This document shows, in pieces, positions 31,736 to 41,019 of a DNA stretch of 64,000 nucleotides (within the stretch, counting starts at the first letter, position 1; every line of letters starts with the position of its first letter). The notes under the pieces are model-generated. The model saw nothing but the letters and a program-made list of their open reading frames with translations, was not told where the DNA came from and did no database searches. The stretch is taken from NCBI GenBank assembly GCA_977018835.1, contig OZ361258.1, forward strand, positions 1,798,001 through 1,862,000, written 5' to 3'. A program made the position numbers and the translations under genes. This stretch comes from Minutocellus sp. GHC0000111 (lineage: Eukaryota).

Positions 31736-32491
31736 TCATTCACCAGAGTGGACCTCGTACCCATATCGAATGGTCATGGTCTTGTACCAGGATATAGCGT
31801 CCTCGCTGCCATCGGCGCATATTAGGCTGCAGATCTGCCCGCCATCGTCCCTCAGCATCCGAACGATCCGCAGCGTCTTGCCACTGTCGGGCTTCTTGCT
31901 CTCGGCAAATACGACCTTGGCTATGGTGTCGGGCTTGAGATGGAATTCGAAGGACCGATCGTCCGATGCCAACGTGATGAGTCGCTCCCCCGTCTTGGGC
32001 GAAGTTGATTCGGCCATGTGCGGGCCCAACGTCGAGGTGGTTTCCAATATGGCACCGTTGCCAATCACCACGATGCGGAATGGAAGGTTGCTCTCGTGCA
32101 GGTCGCGAATGATGCTATCAATCTTGGTGGGAGTCGTCTCCTCCTCCTGCTCTTCGCTGGTGTTGGTGTCGGTGTTGGTATCGACATTGTCATCTGCCTC
32201 GGCAGCCAATCGCCAAATCCTGCCGTTCCATCTATCGGTACACACAGCAAGCCCATGCCGATGATCATGACGTGTCCATGGTGATGGTGATAGTGATGAT
32301 CTGGCGGTCCATACTCGTAATAATAATGTACTCGTAGGTGCCGGTGGTGGCTGTTGCAAGGCAAAGGCATCGACAACCGCCAAGGCGAAGCGATCGGCAG
32401 GCATTACTGCCATGGCCGCTACATGTAACCACCACATTGCCAGAACACCACCATACGTGTAGCACCTGGACCGAGGGGTGCCGATCATCAT
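31736..32491 (-). CDS. Plastid-targeted ChuX/HutX-like (haem-binding/carrier fold) protein
   Basis: Signal-like hydrophobic segment ending in VDA-F, then a transit-like region. Mature domain FRIVVIGNGAILE...FEFHLKPDTIAKVVF...IVRML...WYKTMTIRYG resembles cyanobacterial ChuX/HutX proteins (recognised from memory, not searched). Confidence 0.65.
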   Translation of the reverse strand: MMIGTPRSRCYTYGGVLAMWWLHVAAMAVMPADRFALAVVDAFALQQPPPAPTSTLLLRVWTARSSLSPSPWTRHDHRHGLAVCTDRWNGRIWRLAAEADDNVDTNTDTNTSEEQEEETTPTKIDSIIRDLHESNLPFRIVVIGNGAILETTSTLGPHMAESTSPKTGERLITLASDDRSFEFHLKPDTIAKVVFAESKKPDSGKTLRIVRMLRDDGGQICSLICADGSEDAISWYKTMTIRYGYEVHSGE

Positions 32492-33023
32492 GGCGCTTGT
32501 AATTGACGCCTCGCTTCTTTCGAGCGAGCTTGAACTTGTCTGGCTGGTCTGTCCGTCGTTTGTCTGCCTCACGAGATGTGCAGGTTTCAGTTCGAACGTG
32601 CTTGGCCCCCCCATCGCGACAGGCGCCCCCCGCTCGTTCTGCTGAGTGAGTCGAGTGAGTCGAAGTCGAGCTTCACGCCTGCCTGCCAAAAGCCCCCCCC
32701 CCACACACAGTCGCACAGCACATGTAGGAATTCCTAGGCCTAGATCTCTAGAGATAGCTAGGAATTCCTACATGTACCGGCACATAATCATTTTGAGACT
32801 GGCAGACGCTCTGATGGTGACGGATTCTCGGCTCGTCATTCGAGTCGAGAACATGGTTGCTGCGTGCACATGTAGATCTAAAATTCCTAGAGATCTGCTA
32901 CGTGCACATGCATGCATGATCATCGTCATGTCTCAAGATGATGTTCCGATCGACCCTCCTCGTAGCCGCCCTCCTTTCGGTGCCAGCGCGGGCTGAGCAT
33001 GTTGCTCATGGCGAGATTGCCCA

Positions 33024-33510
33024 TCGGAGTTCCGGGAGGTCGAGTGGGGATGCGCGATCGGTCGGGATCAGCGAGAGTCGGTCACACGGGGGGTGCGGCG
33101 CAATCCCGGCAGTTTATCATCAACAACAACGTGGGAAAGTACCAGAGGGTCTGGGGCATCACAACGGGAGCACGATGAGCACAAAGACGGAGCAATGGCA
33201 CCACCCCAGAGAAACGAACGGCCGACAGATGGAGGAAAGGTGGGCCGATGGTTCGTGGCGTTGATGCGCAGCGGAGGCCAATCTGAGGATACAGTAAGCT
33301 TCAACTATATCCAAACATGATAATGAATGCGTATTTTGTACGAAAATATAGTTATACGCCGGCGCAACGCCGACGGACCACCATGGTGTTGGACGGTCAA
33401 AGAGTGGGTGACGAACGAGATTGGGTTTTGGTGGGTTTCTTCGTGACGTGTTCGTCTTCTGCCGAAAAACGCTTCATCCGACCGGCGAAACAAGACGAGA
33501 TGGGGCTGTG
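33024..33510 (+). repeat. Left arm of a 487-bp inverted duplication
   Basis: Aligns to the revcomp of 37195-37681 with 8 substitutions and two 2-bp indels. Confidence 0.95.
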
Positions 33511-34573
33511 AGACATGAAAGAAAGCGGTAACAGCAGGTGTCAAAGAGCGTCACGACCATGACGAGAAGACGAAGTAATGCTGCCCCGAGTGAGAGGTTG
33601 TCTTGATAGATCTAATGCCATCTGCGTGAGCGGTTTCCGATTCTGTTCCTTGTTCATGCGGAGACGAATGTAAAGATTAATTTTTGTGTCGCACCTCGAG
33701 AGCGCATCTCTTGTCGCCAACGGCTCTAGCTTCAACCAAGGAAAGAAACACAGCTTTCTTTCCTCACGAGTTTGTTCGGCTCTGTTCGATTTCAATGCCT
33801 TCGCCCAAGAGCTTGGGCCGGAGACCACTCCCCATTTCGAGGAATGTGTCCGACGCCTAGGCCTGCAGCAGATCTTCTTCCCCCCAAGCAGAGCAAATCA
33901 AGAGTGATTTTTGCGACGATGCGCAGTGCCGTCAAACCGCCCCATCAATCCATCAGAGATTTTTTCGGGCGATTGAAGGACACCTTGGGCTGGATGAGGA
34001 CGACTGGAAGGACATCCTTGTCCACGCAATGCCCGACGACCACATCTCCAGAGTGTTTGAAGGAGGCTTCGACCCAGCCGATCACAGTTTTCTGGAAACC
34101 CTCAATGGACTGGAGCGCGACATGAAACCGCATGCACTAGTCTTGTAGAACTGAGCAAAATTGCTCAGTCACCACACGCAGCCGAAACAGTGGATTGCCA
34201 AGACAGAGAAATCCACAAAACCGTCAACTCAGTGGAAAGAAACGCCGAGCAGTCCAACACAATGACCCAGGAAAGCGACACCGACCTGGACATCTCGGAA
34301 TTGTCGGAGCACGACATTTGCTCCGAGGCAAAATTGAGGTCCGAGAGACCACAGCACCGCCCATCACCATCCTTCTAGCGCAAACTGGCAACAAAAGCGA
34401 AGCCTCAACGCCCACTAGTCGCCCTTCTGGATTCGGGTGCGACTAGCTGTGTTGTAGTCAAAAGCAAAATCCCTTTCATTAGAGCTAACAGAGCAAGAAA
34501 TGCAAATTGGGCTGCCAAAGGAGGAAATTTTCGCACCAGCGGTGCCGGTGCTCTGACCTTCCTGGCGTCTTAA
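33508..34573 (+). mobile_element. Ty3/Gypsy LTR-retrotransposon relic (gag and protease fragments)
   Basis: Starts with TGTGAGACA exactly where the duplication arm ends. Gag-like MRSAVKPPHQSIRDFFGRL; retropepsin motif PLVALLDSGATS at about 34412-34447, followed by W..KGGNF.T. Multiple frame breaks; no RT. Confidence 0.75.
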
Positions 34574-34767
34574 AAAGCCATCCATCTAGAGCAAATGTCC
34601 AACTAAGAAATTGAAAATGCTACAAGCACACGAGCATTCGTCGAAACGTCGCAAATGGCACGGTTTTGGACAGCTCTTGATGAGTGCATGTAGATCAATG
34701 GTGACCTTGACAAATTTTGCTACTGTCTGCCCAGCCAAGGCATTCTCGGCCTCGGAGCATACAAACA

Positions 34768-35103
34768 TCAGGCAAATAGCGAGGCCGTGTTCCTGTCCTG
34801 GAGGTACCCAAGGGCCGCCACCTTGGCCCTTTCGTTGTCTACGCCAGCCATAGCTAGAGCTTCGTCTACAAGCCGCTTGGCCTCGTCACCGCCGGCGACA
34901 TAGTTTGCAAACGAGGCGCTGTCGGGGAAGATCGCTGCAAGGTACGAGCGCTTGGCTTCATCGTCGGTATCGGGCGAGCAGAACCACCCCGCGGGAAAGT
35001 GCTGCGGCGGCAAGTAGCTGAACAAGTTCCGGAAAAACCTCCTCAGGGCCTCATTGTCGAGGTCGAGCGTGGAGAGGGTGCTCAGAAGAGCGGGGGTGCT
35101 CAT
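34768..35103 (-). CDS. Short hypothetical ORF (possibly the N-terminus of a disrupted gene)
   Basis: 111-aa ATG-initiated ORF with high GC3; no known motif. Confidence 0.4.
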   Translation of the reverse strand: MSTPALLSTLSTLDLDNEALRRFFRNLFSYLPPQHFPAGWFCSPDTDDEAKRSYLAAIFPDSASFANYVAGGDEAKRLVDEALAMAGVDNERAKVAALGYLQDRNTASLFA

Positions 35104-35190
35104 AGTTGCTTTGGTGATCGGATTGGTTCTTCCAAGGTCCCTTGGTTGCCTTCTTCATGAAATGAGCATACATGTACCGTGATTACCATA

Positions 35191-35421
35191 GAAAACCTGC
35201 CCGCTTTTTGAAAACCTGCCTGTATCTTTGAGGAGTGGTTAAAAACCTGCCTCTAATACAAGGGGTAAAATCTGCCCAGTTTTGGGCAGGTTTCTGGCGA
35301 ATTTGTGGAGAAAACCTGCCCAAACACGTCAATTTTACGTCATTTTAGCATCAAAACCCCCTTTTTCTAAAACCTGCCCGTACCTCCAACCTGCCCCTGA
35401 AAACCTGCCCTTAGGCCAGTG
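35191..35421. repeat. Cluster of nine AAAACCTGCCC-like motifs ending in CAGTG (probable DNA-transposon subterminal repeats)
   Basis: Copies near 35192, 35211, 35242, 35267, 35284 (inverted), 35311, 35369, 35388 and 35400. Confidence 0.8.
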
Positions 35422-35842
35422 ACATGTTCGCTCTTTTCGCAATATTGGTGCTCCTACCAAATGTCAGAAGAGCAAAACGAGCACAGCTACATGTACATGT
35501 AGAGGACATCAAAAGTATCCAAATACTATCAAGTAGTACCAAGGGTGACCAGCAACAGTCCTTGGTATACCTGACCAACCTCTGTGTTCATGAATGGTCC
35601 TTTGTGCTGCCATGGAAAGCTACAAAGACGAAATAGCACACAATTCGGGCCGTTTTATCTCGCCTTGGTGTACCCAATCAGCTTCTGTGTTCATGAAAGT
35701 CTCAATCCCCAATCAGATAAAAAATGGACAAAAGTCAGCCATAACGTAAACACCAAATTTGAGACCTCGTAATCAATATCCCGACTGCGGACTAGTCAAT
35801 GTGTCTATGGGTGCAGCTCAATTCGCAAACTAATTTCTCGCG

Positions 35843-35894
35843 ATCTCAATCTTCATCTCAATCTCAATTTCAATCTCCATCTCCATCTTAATCT

Positions 35895-35929
<35 letters not shown>

Positions 35930-35942
35930 ATATATATATATG
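35843..35942. repeat. Compound microsatellite (ATCTCA)n-(CT)n-(TA)n
   Basis: Directly visible. Confidence 0.9.
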
Positions 35943-36275
35943 TACAAAGACAAAAAGTTCATCGTTTTACTTGTATGTTTGTTATAGAAATCTAGATCAT
36001 GAATGTTGTCTTATTAAAAAATACTACCATGGTACGTGAATGTTTCCCGCTTTGTCAACTTGGAGCGGTAGGTTGAGCCAAATTCGATTGCCGATCTTAT
36101 GTGCGCGTGTAGATATATTTTGTCCCCGCTACACACGAACATTTCTTCGCCGGCGGACGTCTCTGGCCCTTGGCATTTGCGTCGGTTGGCTTTTTTTGTT
36201 ACAGCCGCAATCCTCTCAACGATGTGCTACCAGAAATGTACTAAAATGTAATGCATGTACTGGTAATGCCGCCCA

Positions 36276-37205
36276 TTACCACCCCAACTTGTCGGCCAAC
36301 GACCGGGGCACGATCCTCGACGTCGTGCCCTCTGCTCCCTCCCGGGTGATGGGCACACCCTCCTCCTTGTCTTGATGAATGAGGTCATTCTGGTAGTCCT
36401 GTCAAAGCTCCTCAAGCTCGTTTATTTTCTGGTAGGGCCGGATGACAACGCATTGGGACCGAAGTTCCCATCCCCAGTTGCTGAGGCGGTGGACATGGAA
36501 TGTCCAAGCAGGTGATCGCTTGATGCCATAATTTGTTGTGTTGACAATGCTTCCGTTGTCTTCAATCTGATATTGAGGCGATTGATCTCCGCCACTGACG
36601 GTGCCATCTTCTAGAAAATGCAGATCATTCGAGGCGGCCCTCCAAAATCCGGATCGAAGGACTGTAGGCTCATCGTCGGAAGGAACCATGAACCATAGGC
36701 AGGCGCTCCACTGCCATTCGCGGAGGTCGCTGAGAGTAGTACGATTGACTGTCGCCATCTTGAGCTCGTTCCAGTAGCGGTGGTACCAGAATCCGGCCCT
36801 TGGAGTAACGGAGCTTGTTGGTGGGTACGGACGAATCTCAGACGACGTTGAGACGGAAAGCTCGAATTCGGAATCATCCCCGCCGTCCTTTCGTTTGGCA
36901 TCTTTCTTGGCCCGCTCCATCCGGAATTGGTATCCGAACTTGGTCTTCCACTTCTGGTCGCACATTTCCTTCCAGATGATATTGTCGAGGGTGGCCGCAC
37001 GGAAAGATTTGGACGACTTGGATATCTCGAGAAGTTCGAAAGGGGCCTCGCCGTCAGCCAGGAAGCCAAGGGTGGCGACGATAAGGTCGTGGGCATGGAG
37101 CGGGTTATGTGCAGGCTTGTCTTGGTCCTCAACGCCGACGTAGGGGACGTGTCGGACCTCTTCGGTACGTGGGACCTTGCCAGGTGAGCCGGAGCACAGC
37201 CCCAT
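36276..37205 (-). CDS. F-box-like protein with N-terminal MGLCSG (myristoylation/palmitoylation-type); in-frame TGA at 36404-36402
   Basis: F-box-like HDLIVATLGFL...LLEISKSSKSFRAATLDNIIWKEMC. The frame continues 41 codons past the TGA (EL*QDYQNDLIHQ...DKLGW) to a TAA at 36278-36276. Confidence 0.7.
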
Positions 37206-37681
37206 CTCGTGTCTTGTTTCGCCGGTCGGATGAAGCGTTTTTCGGCAGAAGACGAACACGTCACGAAGAAACCCACCAAAACCCAATCTCGTTCGTCACC
37301 CACTCTTTGACCGTCCAACACCATGGTGGTCCGTCGGCGTTGCGCCGGCGTATAACTATATTTTCGTACCAAATACGCATTCATTATCATGTTTGGATAT
37401 AGTTGAAGCTTACTGTATCCTCAGATTGGCCTCCGCTGCGTATCAACGCCACGAACCATCGGCCTACTTTTCCTCCATCTGTCGGCCGTTCGTTTCTCTG
37501 GGGTGGTGCCATTGCTCCGTCTTTGTGCTCGTCGTGCTCCCGTTGTGATGCCCCAGACCCTCTGGTACTTTCCCACGTTGTTGTTGATGATAAACTGCCG
37601 GGATTGCGCCGCACCCCCCGTATGACCGACTCTCGCTGATCCCGACCGATCGCATCCCCACTCGACCTCCCAGAATTCCGA
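37195..37681 (-). repeat. Right arm of the 487-bp inverted duplication (upstream region plus first 11 coding nt of the F-box-like gene)
   Basis: Revcomp of 33024-33510. Confidence 0.95.
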
Positions 37682-40600
37682 CAATAATTTTGCGCCCGAG
37701 GAGAGACAGATAGTATTGGGATAAGTTTATGCAACAATCAACCCGACAAAGGGACTTTTTGGTCTGGGAGATAAATGGGTGAGTTAAGAAGGACGTGATG
37801 TGTTTGTTTGGGTGCACTATTTACTTTTTTGCTCAATCGCGATGCTGTCCGCGCCTACACATGTGCTCGTTATGCCGTGCGTGCACCTTTTTGCAAGCTC
37901 GACCTCTTCCTTTTTAGCGATGTCACTGTGCGACGAGGAGAATGAGAAGGATAGAAAAAGCAAATTCTTGTTTTACGATCAGGTCTCCCTCGCCGTCGTC
38001 CCCATCACGATCTCTTCAAATCGCCAAATTTTGCAATTTGCTCCCAAGATTTATGGCCCGGGGGCCTTTTCCATGCAGAGAGACACGCAGCAATCAGACA
38101 TCGAAGATGAAAACAGGGCCGATGTATGTGCCAAAGATCCATCCGGCGAAGGAGGCAAGACCGTTGACTGACACCTGAGCGAGCCGAGAGATAGGCGCAT
38201 TGGCCCATTATTTGAGAGTCATACTCTAGTACTTATTATTGAATCAACTGTAGAAAGGAATTGATATCGTTTCAAGGACCCGACCATTGGATTGGATTCG
38301 ATTCGATTCATTCCTTCCGATCACCCCGCTGCCGTGCCGTCATTGGCACCAAACACAAAAAAACAAAATCCAACGATGAACGCCAAGACCGATTGCCAAT
38401 GCTGCGGTCCCTGTGAATGCTGTGCCCCTTGTGACGCCTTTGGTGGAAAGTGCGATCACCTTTGCGGCGATAACGCCACTGAGGATGTTCTGGAGGAGGG
38501 CCGCGTCGTGGCTGCGAGTGAGACGACTACACGTGCGTCGGGTACGACCACAACTGGAGGCACCAGTAACGGCGTGGGCGTGGGCGTCGGCGTCGGCGAT
38601 GACGATGCGACCACTGCATCCAACATCAGCTTCACCGGTGATACGCGTGCTGTATCCAGTGTTGGTCACCCCGGATTTTACGCCGGACAACACCCACATT
38701 ACAAGGACTACGCCTATCACCGTGGAGAGGATGACGATGACCTGAGCGAAGAAGAAATCGAGATCGAGTTCGGTTCCGAAGACAGATCGTCTTCCAACGG
38801 AAAGTCCGGACGAAGCGGCGGTGGTGATGATGATGGCAAGAAGGGCTGCCTAGCATGGCTGTGCTGCTGCTGGTGCCCATATCTGTGCTGTGTCTTGATC
38901 TTGTTGGCCATACTTCTTCCTCTCCTTCTTTTTCGTGGCAGGGACGACGATGGCGCCGCCAAGTCCAACTCGCGAGGCGTAGATGACTTCGACATCGACC
39001 AGTACACCAAGGACGTCCACGCCAAGCTCCATCCCATCTCTGGCGATGCCATCACTACTGAAGGTACACCACAGAAGGCTGCCTACGATTGGATGATGGC
39101 TGGTGCCATGGACTTTGCCGATGGCAAGAAGGATGCCTCTGCCCCTCGAGATGTCAACGATCCTCGCTTCGTCCAGCGATATGCTCTCGGCGTTTCCCAC
39201 GCGGCGCTTGGAGGTGACGAGTGGACCATGTGCACTCCCGAGGTCGGTTGCACCAAGGATAACGACATTCCCGATCAACTGGGCTTGAGCTCTGCCAGCA
39301 CTACCAGCGGTGCTGATGCTACCAACGTTGACACCACTTCGAGCGTTGGTACCATCGCTGCTGATACTACTGGCGGTGGAGTCAACTCTGGATCTACCAA
39401 TGCTGATAACCACAGCGCGGGCAGCAATGTAGATTCTAGCGCTAACACCGAGGCAAAATTCAACACCATGGCTTCTGTCAGTACCAACACCATTCATGAT
39501 GAGTATCCTGGTGGCGACGCCAAGGTCAATCCCAACAAGAATGACGGCAATGCCGACACCGACACCACCTCAGGAAATTCGGGCAACATCGACGCCCTCG
39601 GTTCTGTGGCGAGGACTGCACCCTGGCTATCGGCAGGGGATGAATGCACGTGGTATGGCCTTGCCTGTGATGACGAGGGCATGGTTGCAGGCATCAATCT
39701 CGCTTCCCCGTCGGGAAAAGACAACGGAGTTCAAGGTATCATCCCAGAGGAGATTGGAGAGGTGTCTTCGCTTCAGTCTCTCAACCTCTCCAACAGTGAC
39801 ATCAGCGGCCCTATCCCTAATTCACTGGCCAAAACAACCTCAGCACGCTTGGTCTCTCTGGCAACTCCATCGACGGCACCTTCCCGGAGACTCTCCATGG
39901 CAAAAAACACATCACCGAAATCAATATTGCCAATAACAAGTTGACTGGGCCCCTACCGGATGTTGGTTCCATGCCCAACCTCAAGAAATTCGACGCTTCC
40001 AACAATTCTTTCTCTTCGACTATTCTTGATAACTTCTCCTCTAAGAACAAGCTCAAAGATCTTAGGATTGCCAACAACCAAGTTGAAGGCTCCTTCCCCC
40101 CAACGCTGAGCAGTAATGGACAGTTTCTTCAAAGGATTGATGTATCAAACAATCATTTGACTGGTCCCCTTCCAGATCTCGGGTACATGCAGAATCTCGT
40201 GCATGTAAATGCTCGTAAGAATGACTTTTCAGGCGAAATCCCGGCTTCTACCGGATCTCTCACGAATCTTCGAGTTCTTGACCTCAGTCACAATGATCTT
40301 TCTGGGACTCTTACGGATGAAATTGGAAAGGCCCAGGCACTCCAGAAAATTATTGTGAATAACAATGATCTCCAAGGTACCATCAGCTCGGACATCGTCT
40401 CTCTTCCCCGTCTCTTCCAGTTGAATCTGGCCGCAAACTCTCTTAGTGGAAGCATCCCCCAAGATATTGGCGACATGGGCAAAGGTTGGACCGAAGAAGG
40501 CAAGAGACGCAAGACTACGATTCATCTCGATACCAACAAATTGAATGGTGACATTCCGGCATCTGTTGGAAACATTGACGGCCTGAGAGTCCTGACGATC

Positions 40601-40878
40601 GATGGGAATCAATTTAATCCCGGCCAAAGTCTACCGGAGTCCGTGTGTTCTTTGGCAACGTCTCCCACAGATCCTTTTGCCCTCCAGACGATTGCTTCCG
40701 ATTGTTCTCAAGTCGACTGTCGTTGTACGGTTACCTTTCGGTTTCAGAGGATTTGTAGAGGGTATACCAATAACCCCTAAAAAAGGTCATTCTTGCACCC
40801 ATTTCTCATTTCCCACCACGTGTTTTGTTAGTCGACATTCTCTTCGGGAGGAACGCAAATACTCCTCAACTCTTGGAT

Positions 40879-40951
40879 ATCTACTGGACCTGCTCATTCA
40901 GTAGGTTGCCACCGACCAGTAATATCCACTGAATTCGCAGGTCCAGTAGAT
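40879..40951. other. Long hairpin in the transposase leader
   Basis: ATCTACTGGACCTGC (40879-93) pairs perfectly with GCAGGTCCAGTAGAT (40937-51); inner ATTCAGT/ACTGAAT. Confidence 0.85.
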
Positions 40952-41019
40952 TCTGGCAGGAACACATATATTTTTTGGTCCCCCGCACACCCTCACCGCA
41001 ACCCGCAAATTTTGTGACG

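Noticed and set aside
32938..33264. 108-aa secreted protein
   Set aside because: Only the first ~29 codons precede the duplication arm; the rest is read-through into repeat sequence, so it is not called as a gene.
35191..35421. CRISPR-like array
   Set aside because: Repeats are 11 bp, irregularly spaced, one is inverted, the context is eukaryotic and there are no cas genes.
33015..37690. Pack-MULE with 487-bp TIRs and a 9-bp TSD
   Set aside because: The flanks (GATTGCCCA / CAATAATTT) show no TSD beyond a chance-level CA, and joining them does not restore a long ORF. Kept only as an inverted duplication.
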